This document shows positions 1-9,901 of a stretch of DNA of 64,000 bases, one piece after another (position 1 is the stretch's first letter; every line of letters begins with the position of its first letter). A model generated the notes under the pieces. The model searched no databases and was not told where the DNA came from. It saw nothing but the letters and a program-made list of their open reading frames with translations. The position numbers were made by a program, and so were the translations under genes. The stretch is from an uncultured Gemmatimonadales bacterium (GTDB taxonomy: Bacteria; Gemmatimonadota; Gemmatimonadetes; Gemmatimonadales; GWC2-71-9): assembly GCA_963828735.1 (NCBI GenBank), contig CAWHFW010000005.1:2368001-2432000 (forward strand), in the 5' to 3' direction.

Positions 1-662
1 AGCACCTCGATGACGACTCCCGAGGCGCCGGTCAGCCCCAGGCTCCGCTCCGCGATCACCCGCATGACGGTGGCCGAGTCGAGCCCCGCGGCGGCCACGG
101 CCTGCTGGACGTCGATGACCGCCTGGAACAGCTCGGTGTCGAGCCGCATCTCTTCCTCGGCGAGCTTCCGCTCGGTGATGTCGAACTCGGTGGCCAGATA
201 CCCGACCTGCCGGCCTTGCTCGTCGCGCAGCGGTTCCCACGTGCTGGCGCACCAGCGGACCTGGCCGGTGCGCGTCACCACCCGGTACTCCTGGTCGCGG
301 AGCGAGCCGCCCTTCGCCAGCCGCTCCCACTCGGCCAGGAGCGCCGGGCGATCGTCCGGGTGGATGTACTGGAGGAACTCCTGGTCCCGCAGGTCCTCCG
401 CCGGCTGGCCGGTGAGGCGCTCGAAGGCGGGGTTCACCAGGGTCAGCCGCAGGTCCATGTCGTAGGCGACCACCCCCTCGCGCATGGTGGCGGTGATCGT
501 GCGAAGCTGCCCCAGGGCCGTGCTTTCCGCACGCTGCGCCCGACGCCGCCGGCGCCGCTCCACCAGCCAGGCCGCGAGCAGCGCCACCAGCACGACGGCG
601 CCGACGCTGGCGGCGATGACGGGGGAGATCTGGTCGAAAGGGGCTGGCAGGGCAGGGACCAC
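1..662 (-). CDS. Membrane-anchored PAS + GAF sensor protein (partial, runs off the left edge)
   Basis: Not in the ORF track; read by hand from GTG at 662. It shows a TM helix (VIAASVGAVVLVALLAAWLV), a PAS domain (VNPAFERLTG...IHPDDR...EYRVVTRTGQVRW...DITERK) and the start of a GAF domain. Start codon uncertain. Confidence 0.8.
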   Translation of the reverse strand, partial: MVPALPAPFDQISPVIAASVGAVVLVALLAAWLVERRRRRRAQRAESTALGQLRTITATMREGVVAYDMDLRLTLVNPAFERLTGQPAEDLRDQEFLQYIHPDDRPALLAEWERLAKGGSLRDQEYRVVTRTGQVRWCASTWEPLRDEQGRQVGYLATEFDITERKLAEEEMRLDTELFQAVIDVQQAVAAAGLDSATVMRVIAERSLGLTGASGVVIEV

Positions 663-767
663 GGGGACGATCCTCGAGCGGCAGGCAGAGGCACGGGAGA
701 CGCGCCGGAGGACTGACCCCCGTGCCCGTCGCCACCGGAGCCGAAATGTGTCCCGAAGATAGCTCCG

Positions 768-3122
768 TCAGGAGGCTCGGTCGAGGAGTTGCCGGATCTT
801 CGCCGTCAGCACGCCGGGGGTGAACGGCTTGGCCAGAAGGTCGATCCCGTCGGTGAGCTGGCCTTGCCGCGCGATGGCCTCCTCCGAGTACCCGCTGACG
901 TAGAGGATCTGCATTTGGGGACGGAGCGGACGCGCGAGCTCGACGAGCTCGTGTCCGCTCATGCGCGGCATGACCACGTCGGTGAGCAGCAGGTCGATGC
1001 GGCCGGGGTAGTCGCGCAGGAGCGCGAATGCCTCCACGCCGTCGGCCGCTTCCAGCACGAGATACCCGTTCCGGCGGAGAATCTCGTGTGTCAGCTGCCG
1101 GACCAGCTGCTCGTCCTCCACCAGCAGCACCGTCTCGACTCCGCCGCGAACGAGCGGCGGCGACGGGAGCGGCGCCGCCGCCTCGTGACCGGTGGTGTGG
1201 GCGGGCAGGCAGATCGTGAAGGTGCTGCCGGCGCCGGGTGCGCTGGCCGCGAAGATCTGGCCGCCGCTCTGCACGACGATGCCGTAGACGGTCGACAGCC
1301 CGAGGCCGGTCCCATGGCCCGCCGGCTTGGTCGTGAAGAACGGCTCGAAAATGCGTTCCTGTACATCCGGTGTCATGCCGGTGCCGGTGTCACGCACCGC
1401 GAGGCTCACGTAGCGGCCGGGCCGCAGCTCGGGCCACCGCTCGGCCCGCGCCTCGCGCACGTCGAGGTCCGCGGTCGTGATCGTGAGCGTGCCGCCCGTC
1501 GGCATCGCGTCGCGGGCGTTGACCGCGAGGTTCATCAGGACTTGCTCGAGCTGTCCGGGATCGCCCCGTGTCAGAGCAAGCTCCGGTGTGAGCACGGTCT
1601 CCAGGACGATGTCCTCGCCGATGACCCGGCGGAGCATCCGGTCCACGCCGGCGACGATGGTGTTGAGGTTGAGGGTCCGGAGCTGCAGGAGCTGGCGCCG
1701 GCTGAAGGCGAGCAGCTGGTGCGTGAGCTCAGCCGCGCGGGAGCCGGCGAGCCGGATCTGCTCGAGATCGTCGCGGCTCGGGTGCGAGGCGGGCAGGTCG
1801 GCCATGACCATCTCGCTGTAACTCAGGATCGCGCTCAGCAGGTTGTTGAAGTCGTGCGCGATGCCACCGGCGAGACGGCCCACCGCCTCCATCTTCTGCG
1901 CCTGCCGAAGCTGCTCCTGCGACTGCTGCAGCGCCTCCTCCGAGCGCTTGCGGCCGCCGACGTCCACGTACAGGGCGACCGACCCGATGGCCCTACCCGC
2001 CGCGTCGTGGATCGGCGCGGTGGAGATGCTCATGTCGAGCCGGGTGCCGTCCTTCCGGATCCGCACCGTCTCCCGCGCGGTGAACGGCCGCCCGTCGAGC
2101 ACATCGGCGCGGAACGCGTCGTACTCGTCCTGTCGCTCGGGTGGCACGCACAGGAGCCGTCGTCCGATCGCCTCTTCGGCGGTCCACCCGAACACCAGCT
2201 CGGCGGCGTGGTTCCAGTTCAGCACTTCGCCGTCGATGCCGGCTACGACGATCGGGAGCGGCGACGCCTCGACGATCGCCTCCAGACGGTCGCGCGTCGC
2301 CCGCACCATCTCCTCGCTCAGGCGCTGCGCCGTGACGTCCCGCTGGGTTCCCCAGACGGCCGTCAGCAGGTCGCCCTCGACCACCCCGAGGAGGTTGTTG
2401 ACGAACCAGTGCGGCGCGCCGTGGCGGTCGAACTCGAACGACTCCAGCTCGACCGTCCGGTACCCGCTCCGGACGAACGCCCGGAAGAACTCGAGGCTCC
2501 GGGCATCGGCGAGGTCGAAGGTCGAAGAGAGCTGCGTGCCCACGAGCTCGTCGGGCGTGTGGCAGCCGTACATGCGCGCCATCGCGTCGTTCACCTCGAC
2601 CAGGCGCACGTCCCGGGTACAGCGCGCGACTTGGTCGTCCTCCGACAGGTCGAGCGGGATCGGCGGCTCGACCGCCGCACGCCACACGCCCTCGGCGGTT
2701 CGGCCGATGAAGAAGCGGTAGCGCTCGCTGTTCTGGCGCAGCTCCTCGGCGGCCCGCGTCACCTCGGTGACGTCCTGTGCCACGACGAGGCGGCCGGGCC
2801 GGCCGGCGAACTGAAGCGGGTAACTCGAGACCCGGACGAGGCACGTGCTCCCATCCCGCCGGCGGTGGCGCCAGGGAATGGCCCAGATCCGGAGGTCGCC
2901 GGGCAGCTCCGGCGAGACCTGCGCGACCGTCGCGCGATCTTCCTCCGGCCGGATGTCGAGGATGGTCATGCGGAGGAATTCGACCCGGGAGTACCCGTAC
3001 TCGCGGACCGCGGCGTCGTTCACCTCGAGAAACGCGAGCGTCTCACTGTCGTAGACCCACATCGGGAGCGGGTTGCATTCGAAAAGCACCCGGTAGGCCT
3101 CGACCTCTCCCACCGTGGTCAC
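768..3122 (-). CDS. Hybrid sensor histidine kinase (3x PAS, HisKA, HATPase, receiver)
   Basis: H-box AHDFNNLL, NARDAM, FFTTK..GTGLGL, receiver LLVEDE...TDVVMP...KPF. Confidence 0.95.
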   Translation of the reverse strand: MTTVGEVEAYRVLFECNPLPMWVYDSETLAFLEVNDAAVREYGYSRVEFLRMTILDIRPEEDRATVAQVSPELPGDLRIWAIPWRHRRRDGSTCLVRVSSYPLQFAGRPGRLVVAQDVTEVTRAAEELRQNSERYRFFIGRTAEGVWRAAVEPPIPLDLSEDDQVARCTRDVRLVEVNDAMARMYGCHTPDELVGTQLSSTFDLADARSLEFFRAFVRSGYRTVELESFEFDRHGAPHWFVNNLLGVVEGDLLTAVWGTQRDVTAQRLSEEMVRATRDRLEAIVEASPLPIVVAGIDGEVLNWNHAAELVFGWTAEEAIGRRLLCVPPERQDEYDAFRADVLDGRPFTARETVRIRKDGTRLDMSISTAPIHDAAGRAIGSVALYVDVGGRKRSEEALQQSQEQLRQAQKMEAVGRLAGGIAHDFNNLLSAILSYSEMVMADLPASHPSRDDLEQIRLAGSRAAELTHQLLAFSRRQLLQLRTLNLNTIVAGVDRMLRRVIGEDIVLETVLTPELALTRGDPGQLEQVLMNLAVNARDAMPTGGTLTITTADLDVREARAERWPELRPGRYVSLAVRDTGTGMTPDVQERIFEPFFTTKPAGHGTGLGLSTVYGIVVQSGGQIFAASAPGAGSTFTICLPAHTTGHEAAAPLPSPPLVRGGVETVLLVEDEQLVRQLTHEILRRNGYLVLEAADGVEAFALLRDYPGRIDLLLTDVVMPRMSGHELVELARPLRPQMQILYVSGYSEEAIARQGQLTDGIDLLAKPFTPGVLTAKIRQLLDRAS

Positions 3123-5155
3123 GGCGCTCGCGCTCCGCTCACCGGATCGCCGAGCGCCTGCCGGATGGTTCGAAGGAGGCGGTCGAGGGAGAACGGCTTT
3201 TCGAGGAACCGGGTCCCCGGCTCGAGCAACCGGAGCCGCGCGCCCGATCCCTCATTCGTGCCCGAGATGTAGAGCACCTTGATCGCGGGCCGATGAATGC
3301 TGAGTCGGGCGGCGAGCTCCCGTCCGCTGAGCTGCGGCAACAGGATGTCGGTGACGAGGAGGTGGATGTGTCCGGGGTGGCGGTCGGCGATGGCGGTCGC
3401 CGCCTCCGCGTCCGCGGCGGCCAGCACCGAGTACCCGACGCGCTCGAGCACCCGCCGCGCGAGCTCGCGCACCTGATCCTCGTCCTCGACCAGCAGGACC
3501 GTCTCCGTGCCGCCGGCAGGCTCGCGGGTGTCCGCGGCCACCCCGATGGGGCCGCTGCCTTCGTGCCGCGGAAAATGGAGCGTGAACGTGGTGCCGCGTC
3601 CCGGTTCGCTCGCCACCGCGATGAGCCCTCCCGACTGCTTCACGATCCCGTAGACGGAGGCCAGGCCCAGCCCTGCGCCTTCGCTGGCGGACTTCGTGCT
3701 GAAGAACGGCTCGAAAACGCGGTCGAGCGTGGCCGGGTCCATCCCGCGTCCGGTGTCGCGCGCCTGCAGGACGATGTACATGCCGCTTCGGGGTGCCCCG
3801 AGGCGGGCGGCGGCGCCGTCGTCGAGCCGCTCCTGGCGGGTGATCAGCTCGAGGGTGCCGCCATCGGGCATGGACTCACGGGCGTTGTTGGTGAGCTGGA
3901 CCAGCACCTGCTCCATCTGGGTCGGGTCCGCGACGATCGGATCGATGTTGGCCGCCGGACTCGAGAGCACCTGGACGCGCTCACCGGCCACCCGGCGGAG
4001 CCGCGACAGGCAGCCGGCCACCAGCTGATTCAGGTCGAGCACGCGCGGGGCCAGTACTTGCCGGCGACTGAATGCCAGGAGCTGGCGGGTGAGGCTCGCG
4101 GCGCGGTCGGCCGACCGCTGGATCTGGTCGAGATCCTCCCGCGCCACGTCGGTGAGCCCCGGCTCCTCCTGCAGGAGGGCCACGTGGCCGATGATGCTCG
4201 TGAGCAGGTTGTTGAAGTCGTGGGCGACGCCGCCGGCGAGCTGGCCGATCGCCTGCGCCCGCTCGGCCTGCACCAATCGCTGCTCGAGCTGGCGGCGATC
4301 GGTCACGTCGGTGCTGCAGCCGATCAGGCCGAGGAATGCCCCCTCGCCATCGAAGCGCGGCACGGCGACGTCCAGCAGCCACCGGTACTGATCGTCGGAC
4401 CGCCGCATGCGATACTCGTGATGCAGCGGCTCGCGTTGGGCCAGCGCCTTCTGGTACTGCTCGAGTGAGGCCTGGCGGTCATCCGGATGAATGCGGTCGG
4501 TCCAGCCGCCCCCCAGCTCGGCGCCGAGGGCGCGGCCCGTGAACTCGAGCCAGCGGGCGTTGACGTAGCTGCAGGTGCCGTCGGGCGCGACCATCCACAG
4601 CATGACGGGGAGTGCGTCGTAGCTCGACCGGCCGACCGCGTCCGTGGCGGCCACGACGGACCGATGCTGCGCCTCGTCACGGGCCACGGCGGCGAGGTCG
4701 TGGAGCACGGCGAGCTCGCGCTCGGTCCAGCGCCGCGGCGTCCGGTCGATGACGCACAGCAGGCCCGGAGTGCCGCCGGTCGGAGCGGACAGCGGAACCG
4801 CCGCGAAGGCGGCGATGCCGAGGGCGTCGATGGCCGGATGATCGCGGAAGCGGGTATCCAGCCGCGCGTCCTCGACGACGATGGCGCCGTCCCTGGCGGC
4901 GATCTCGCAGAACGACCGGATGATGGGCGCCTCGCCGCTCGCGTCCGACCCCCCCGGCGCGTCGAAGCCGATGCCGGCGTACGGGCCGGCGTCTGGTCCG
5001 CACGCGAAGGCGGCCGGCGCCTGGAGAGCGCCGGCGACGAGGCGCACGAGCCGCTCCATGCCTTGGTCCGGGGAGTGGGGCATGCCCCTGCGGTGTACTG
5101 AGGCTACTCGTTCCGGGTCACGAAACGAGGGAGTGAGATCCTTCTCGAGGCCCAA
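3119..5155 (-). CDS. Hybrid sensor histidine kinase (GAF, PAS, HisKA, HATPase, receiver)
   Basis: GAF (LCVIDRTPRRW), PAS (IHPDDR), AHDFNNLL, receiver domain. Start placed at TTG 5155 behind GGAG. Stop overlaps the next start (GTGA). Confidence 0.9.
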   Translation of the reverse strand: MGLEKDLTPSFRDPERVASVHRRGMPHSPDQGMERLVRLVAGALQAPAAFACGPDAGPYAGIGFDAPGGSDASGEAPIIRSFCEIAARDGAIVVEDARLDTRFRDHPAIDALGIAAFAAVPLSAPTGGTPGLLCVIDRTPRRWTERELAVLHDLAAVARDEAQHRSVVAATDAVGRSSYDALPVMLWMVAPDGTCSYVNARWLEFTGRALGAELGGGWTDRIHPDDRQASLEQYQKALAQREPLHHEYRMRRSDDQYRWLLDVAVPRFDGEGAFLGLIGCSTDVTDRRQLEQRLVQAERAQAIGQLAGGVAHDFNNLLTSIIGHVALLQEEPGLTDVAREDLDQIQRSADRAASLTRQLLAFSRRQVLAPRVLDLNQLVAGCLSRLRRVAGERVQVLSSPAANIDPIVADPTQMEQVLVQLTNNARESMPDGGTLELITRQERLDDGAAARLGAPRSGMYIVLQARDTGRGMDPATLDRVFEPFFSTKSASEGAGLGLASVYGIVKQSGGLIAVASEPGRGTTFTLHFPRHEGSGPIGVAADTREPAGGTETVLLVEDEDQVRELARRVLERVGYSVLAAADAEAATAIADRHPGHIHLLVTDILLPQLSGRELAARLSIHRPAIKVLYISGTNEGSGARLRLLEPGTRFLEKPFSLDRLLRTIRQALGDPVSGARAP

Positions 5156-5274
5156 TTTGGACTCCGACGACCTGCCGGGAGGTGGCTCTGGGGTCAGGTA
5201 ATGTCGCGGTTCGTCGGGACGGCGGCAAGACCGATGCCGCTGGCGATGCTCCCGGGGCACCCCTACTCTTTGGC

Positions 5275-6288
5275 ATGCCGTTCATCGACACGAAACGCCA
5301 GCGGGCCGCGCTCCTCATTACCGCGCTGGGCCTCGGTCTGGCCTACGCGCTCTGGCCGTTCATCACCGGGCTCATGGGTGCCCTGGTGCTCTACGTCGTG
5401 TTCAGCCCGATGCACCGGGCGATGGTGCGGCGCGGCGCTCACCCGAGCGTGTCGGCCGGCATCGTGGTGCTGTTGGGACTCGTGTTGGTGGTGGGCCCCG
5501 GGGTCTCATTCATCGGCGTGCTGGCCAACCAGGCGCAGGACATGGCGCAGGGCGTGCTCTCCAGCCCGCTGCTCGTCCGCCTGCGGGCGCTTCGAGTGGG
5601 GCCGTACGACATCGGCGCCCAGATCGAGGCCCTCGGCTCGCAGATCGTGAGCTGGGCGGGGAGCAGGGCCATCCTGGTGGTCGGAACGGCCACCCGCATC
5701 GGCATCCAGCTCACGATCTCGTTCTTCGGCCTCTTCTACCTGCTGGTCGCTCCCGCCGGCGCGTGGCCGGGCATCCGCCCTTTCATTCCGTTCTCGGCGA
5801 AAAACGCGGAGATTCTCCGCACCCGCTTCCGCGACGTGACCTTCTCGACGATCATCGGCACCGGGCTCACCGCGGTCGTGCAGGGTCTGCTCGTGGGCCT
5901 CGCGTTCTGGGTGGCCGGCCTCGCGAACCCGGCGTTCTGGGGAGTGGTAACGATCATCGTCGCCATCCTGCCGATCGTGGGCAGTGGGCTCATCTGGGGC
6001 CCTGGCGCTGCGTCGCTCGCGGTGGTGGGCCACTATGGCCTGGCGATCGGGGTCACGCTCTGGGGGATCCTGGTGGTGGGGAACGTGGACAACGTCATCC
6101 GGCCATACGTCTTCCGGCGCTGGGCGCGGATCCATCCCTTCATCACCGTGATCGGGGCCTTCGCGGGCATCAGCTGGTTCGGGCTGCTGGGACTGCTCAT
6201 CGGCCCGCTGGCGATCTCGTACTTCTTCGAGCTGATCCGCATGTACCGGGCCGAGTACCTCGAGGAAGAGGACGGCCTCCCCGCCTGA
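5275..6288 (+). CDS. AI-2E family transporter
   Basis: Multi-TM protein with GNVDNVIRP and GLLIGP motifs. Start placed at ATG 5275. Confidence 0.9.
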   Translation: MPFIDTKRQRAALLITALGLGLAYALWPFITGLMGALVLYVVFSPMHRAMVRRGAHPSVSAGIVVLLGLVLVVGPGVSFIGVLANQAQDMAQGVLSSPLLVRLRALRVGPYDIGAQIEALGSQIVSWAGSRAILVVGTATRIGIQLTISFFGLFYLLVAPAGAWPGIRPFIPFSAKNAEILRTRFRDVTFSTIIGTGLTAVVQGLLVGLAFWVAGLANPAFWGVVTIIVAILPIVGSGLIWGPGAASLAVVGHYGLAIGVTLWGILVVGNVDNVIRPYVFRRWARIHPFITVIGAFAGISWFGLLGLLIGPLAISYFFELIRMYRAEYLEEEDGLPA

Positions 6289-6330
6289 TCGTTGAACCCG
6301 AACTTGTGCTGGCGCCGGGAACCGGAGCTG

Positions 6331-6350
6331 ATAGCTTAACGTTAAGCTAT
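6331..6350. promoter_or_regulatory. Putative MarR operator (perfect 20-bp palindrome)
   Basis: ATAGCTTAAC-GTTAAGCTAT, an AT-rich perfect inverted repeat just upstream of the GAGGAG RBS of the MarR gene. Confidence 0.75.
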
Positions 6351-6365
6351 TTAGAGGAGCCGCCG

Positions 6366-6818
6366 ATGCCGAAGCCGAGCCGCTACCGCCAGGACCGCAC
6401 CGAGCTCCTGGCGCTCAGCACCTATCTCAAGCTGACCCGCGCGAGCGACCGCCTCTGGGACCGGCTCGCCCTCGGTCTCCAGCGCGAGGACCTGACGCCG
6501 AGCCAGTTCGGCGTCCTGGAGGCCCTGTACCATCTGGGTTCCATGTGTCAGCGCGACCTCGGCGAGCGGATCCTCAGAAGCAGCGGCAACATGACCATGG
6601 TGATCGGGAACCTCGAGCGACGGGGCCTCGTCCGGCGCCGGCAGTCGACGACGGACCGGCGATATCACCAGGTGGATCTGACCGCGGCAGGCGAACGGCT
6701 CATCCGCCGCGTCTTCCCGGTCCATGCCGCTGCGATCACCCGCGCGCTCGCGGTGCTCTCACAGGACGAGCAGCGAGCCCTCGGACATCTTTGTCGAAAG
6801 CTGGGAGCGGTTCCATGA
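6366..6818 (+). CDS. MarR family repressor (MhqR-like)
   Basis: LTPSQFGVLEALYH...SSGNMTMVIGNLERRGLV...DRR wHTH. RBS GAGGAG. This is the C-terminal part of track ORF 5763..6818. Confidence 0.92.
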   Translation: MPKPSRYRQDRTELLALSTYLKLTRASDRLWDRLALGLQREDLTPSQFGVLEALYHLGSMCQRDLGERILRSSGNMTMVIGNLERRGLVRRRQSTTDRRYHQVDLTAAGERLIRRVFPVHAAAITRALAVLSQDEQRALGHLCRKLGAVP

Positions 6819-7765
6819 GCATTCATCACGTGACGGCCATCGCGGGCGACCCGCAGCGCAACCTCGACTTCTACGCCGGCGTGCTCGGACTGCGCCTCGT
6901 GAAGCTGACAGTCAACTTCGACGACCCGGGCACATATCATCTGTACTTCGGCGATGAGATGGGCCGGCCGGGCTCCATCCTCACGTTCTTTCCCTGGCCG
7001 AACGGCCGCCGGGGCCGGCAGGGCACGGGGCAGGTCGGCTCCGTGTCGCTGGCCATCCCGCCGGCGTCGCTCGGCTTCTGGATCGAGCGGCTGGTGCGGC
7101 ACGGGGTGAAATTCGAGGGACCGTCCCGTCGGTTCGACGAGCAGGTGCTCGCCTTCGCCGACCCCGACGGGCTCCTCCTCGAGCTGATCGCCACGTCGAG
7201 GGTCGAACACGTGGCGCCATGGCTCGACGGGCCCGTCCCTGCGGAGCATGCGGTGCGCGGCCTGCATGGCGGGACGATCTGGGAGGACGGCGACCGTGGC
7301 ACGGCCGAGTTCCTGACGACGCGGATGGGCTTCCGTCCCGTCGGGCAGGAGGACAACCGGGTGCGGTTCGAGTCCGCGGCCGCGGGTGTCGGCACCGTCG
7401 TGGATCTGCGGCGAGTACCTGGTTTCTGGGCCGGTGGGACGGGCGTCGGAACCGTGCACCACATTGCCTTCCGTGCCCCGTCGGACGACGATCAGCTCGA
7501 ACGGCGCGCGCGCATCGAGGCAACCGGCCTGTCCGTCACCCCGGTCGTGGACCGGCAGTATTTCCGCTCGGTCTACTTCCGTGAGCCCGGCGGCGTCCTG
7601 TTCGAGATCGCGACCGACGCCCCGGGGTTCGCGATCGACGAGCCGGCGGCCGAGCTGGGAACGCATCTCATGCTTCCGCCGATGTACGAGCCGATGCGCG
7701 ATCGCATCGAACGGACCCTGCCCCCCGTACGGTTGCCGCACGCGACCGCGGAGGAGACGTCATGA
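6815..7765 (+). CDS. Ring-cleaving dioxygenase, VOC family (MhqO/MhqA-like)
   Basis: IHHVTAI, VNFDDPGTYHLY, VHHIAFR, DRQYFRSVYFREPGGVLFEIAT. ATGA overlap with the MarR gene. Confidence 0.93.
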   Translation: MSIHHVTAIAGDPQRNLDFYAGVLGLRLVKLTVNFDDPGTYHLYFGDEMGRPGSILTFFPWPNGRRGRQGTGQVGSVSLAIPPASLGFWIERLVRHGVKFEGPSRRFDEQVLAFADPDGLLLELIATSRVEHVAPWLDGPVPAEHAVRGLHGGTIWEDGDRGTAEFLTTRMGFRPVGQEDNRVRFESAAAGVGTVVDLRRVPGFWAGGTGVGTVHHIAFRAPSDDDQLERRARIEATGLSVTPVVDRQYFRSVYFREPGGVLFEIATDAPGFAIDEPAAELGTHLMLPPMYEPMRDRIERTLPPVRLPHATAEETS

Positions 7766-8397
7766 CAACGCCTGCGCTCGGCTACATCCACCGATTCGCC
7801 CCGGCCACGCTTCCGGGCCTTCCGCCGCTGCTCCTGCTCCACGGGACTGGCGGGAATGAGGACGATCTGCTGCCCCTGGGCGAGCGGCTCCTCCCCGGCG
7901 CCGCACTGCTCAGCCCGCGCGGGCAGGTGCTGGAGCGCGGCATGCCGCGGTTCTTCCGCCGGCTGGCGGAAGGGGTCTTCGACATCGACGACCTGCGGAG
8001 ACGGACCGACGAGCTGGCCGAATTCGTGGCGGCGGCCCGGAATGCTTACAACCTCGCATTGCCGCCCATCGCGGTGGGCTTCTCCAACGGCGCCAACATC
8101 GCCGCGGCGCTGCTCCTGCTTCGGCCCGGTACGATCGGCGGGGGCGTGTTGATGCGCCCGATGGTGCCGCTGGTGCCCGATCCGTTGCCTTCGCTCGGGG
8201 GCGTGCCGGTCCAGATCAATGCCGGGCTGGCGGATCCGATCGTCACGCCCGACCAGAGCGAAGCGCTGGGCGATCTGCTCCGGCGCGCGGGGGCCAATGT
8301 GTCGCTCGACTGGATCCATGGTGGGCACAACCTCACCCCGTCGGATCTCGAGCTCGGCATGCGATTCCTGAGTGGATATGCGAACGCGGCTCGTTGA
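7762..8397 (+). CDS. Carboxylesterase, alpha/beta hydrolase (MhqD-like)
   Basis: LLHGTGGNE, GFSNGA nucleophile elbow, GH catalytic His. Confidence 0.9.
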   Translation: MTTPALGYIHRFAPATLPGLPPLLLLHGTGGNEDDLLPLGERLLPGAALLSPRGQVLERGMPRFFRRLAEGVFDIDDLRRRTDELAEFVAAARNAYNLALPPIAVGFSNGANIAAALLLLRPGTIGGGVLMRPMVPLVPDPLPSLGGVPVQINAGLADPIVTPDQSEALGDLLRRAGANVSLDWIHGGHNLTPSDLELGMRFLSGYANAAR

Positions 8398-8561
8398 ACG
8401 GGCCGCGTTCGGTCTTTGTTCTCTTTCGCGGTTGCTCGGCACATCGCAATGGTAAGATGTTGCCGCCTCGTGCGGCCCTCCGGGCGTATGGCGCCGCCCA
8501 CTCTGTCCCCCGCCGGCCGGCGCCGCAGTACGGTCGGCCCGTCGCACTGAGGACCTATGTG

Positions 8562-8888
8562 ATGCTCTCAACTGCCCTTGAACAGGAGCGTCTCCTCATC
8601 GCCGGACGCCTGCTCTCCGAGATCGAACGTCGTCACGGACTTCCGCACCCGATTCAACGCGAGCTTCACCCCGTCATCATGGACCGTTTCCTCGCCGTCT
8701 ATCTCCCCGAAGCACGGGAGGGAGAACCGGTCCCGCAAGTGCTCGAATACGCCTTCGCGGGCACACTGGCCGACGCGCTGAACCTGCTTCGCGACGTCGT
8801 CAGTGAATCGCCCGACGGCCGAGGCGCCGCTCTGTACGTGCACGATCTGGACACCGGCGTCTCCGCGGACACACGGGAGCCGCACTGA
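8562..8888 (+). CDS. Hypothetical protein (108 aa)
   Basis: MLSTALEQERLLIAG..., GAGGA RBS, coding-like composition, fills the intergenic space. Confidence 0.6.
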   Translation: MLSTALEQERLLIAGRLLSEIERRHGLPHPIQRELHPVIMDRFLAVYLPEAREGEPVPQVLEYAFAGTLADALNLLRDVVSESPDGRGAALYVHDLDTGVSADTREPH

Positions 8889-8929
8889 ACTTTCCCGTCT
8901 CATTCGGAGTCAAAGGCGAGCGCGTCCCA

Positions 8930-9901
8930 ATGGTGGTCGCGCTCGCCTTGCTGTTGCTGGGCCTCTGGCGTGCGTCGGCGAGGGCACAGGACGCCGACGT
9001 CTCGTTGCCGGACCTCGCGGTCCGACTCGCGGCCATGACGGCGGTGACCGGCTACGAGCAGGCCATGGTGGACTCGCTCCTCACCCTGCTGCCGGGGGCA
9101 TCCCGCGATCGGGCCGGCAACGCCGTCGTGGCGCTCGGCGCGGGCGACCGACGGCGCCTCGTGGTGTGTCCCGTGAGCGAGCCTGGCTTCGTGGTCGGGG
9201 GGGTGCGTGCGGACGGCTGGCTGACGCTGCGGCGGGCGCCCGGCGTGGTGTCGCCGTCGGTCGAGCGGCAGATCGAGGGGCAGCGCGTTACCGTCTTCGG
9301 CCGCCGGAAGCCGCTGCCGGCGGTAGTCGCGGTACGATCCATCCATCTGACCAGGGGCCGTGGCACGGGCGAGGGGGCGTTCACGGTGGATAGCGCGTAC
9401 GTGGACGTCGGTGCGACCACGGCGGCGGAGGTGGCGACCGCTGGCGTCGGCGTACTGACGCCCGTCGCGATCGCCAAGCGTCCACAGCGCTACGGAACGG
9501 ACCTTCTCGCAGCGCCGATGGCCGGCCGGCGAGCGGCCTGCGCGGCCCTCGCGCTCGCCGCCCGCCGCGTGATCGCGGAGCAGGGAATGGTGCCGGGGGA
9601 CCAGAGCGTGGTGATCGGGTTCGTGGTCGAGCAGGATCTGTCCGGCCGCGGGCTCGCGACCCTCGCGAACACGCGCGGGCCTTTCACCGAGACGGTCATC
9701 GTCGACGGCGGCGCCGGTCCGGCGGGCGCTCTCACGAGGGTGCCGGACAGCGCCACCGCGGCGCGCCTGCCGGCGCTCGGGGCGGTGACGCGGTGGTCCC
9801 TCGGGGTGCGGTACCCCGCGTCCGCGGTCGAGACGGTGTCGCTCACGGGCGCCGACTCGCTTCGCACCGCGCTCACGCGCTGGATCGGCGGCGGACAATG
9901 A
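8930..9901 (+). CDS. Secreted M42 peptidase-like protein with degenerate metal ligands
   Basis: Signal peptide and M42 features (AVTGYE, DRAGN, YVDVGA). The ligand motifs HLDE, DDR and EE are replaced by PVSE, AGR and EQ. Confidence 0.75.
   Translation: MVVALALLLLGLWRASARAQDADVSLPDLAVRLAAMTAVTGYEQAMVDSLLTLLPGASRDRAGNAVVALGAGDRRRLVVCPVSEPGFVVGGVRADGWLTLRRAPGVVSPSVERQIEGQRVTVFGRRKPLPAVVAVRSIHLTRGRGTGEGAFTVDSAYVDVGATTAAEVATAGVGVLTPVAIAKRPQRYGTDLLAAPMAGRRAACAALALAARRVIAEQGMVPGDQSVVIGFVVEQDLSGRGLATLANTRGPFTETVIVDGGAGPAGALTRVPDSATAARLPALGAVTRWSLGVRYPASAVETVSLTGADSLRTALTRWIGGGQ

Noticed and set aside
789..3272. Long antisense or alternate-frame ORFs (for example 789..3272, 26148..27317, 33237..34925, 44998..46761, 49061..51106)
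   Set aside because: These are shadow ORFs of well-supported genes. High GC suppresses stop codons, and the translations show no motifs.
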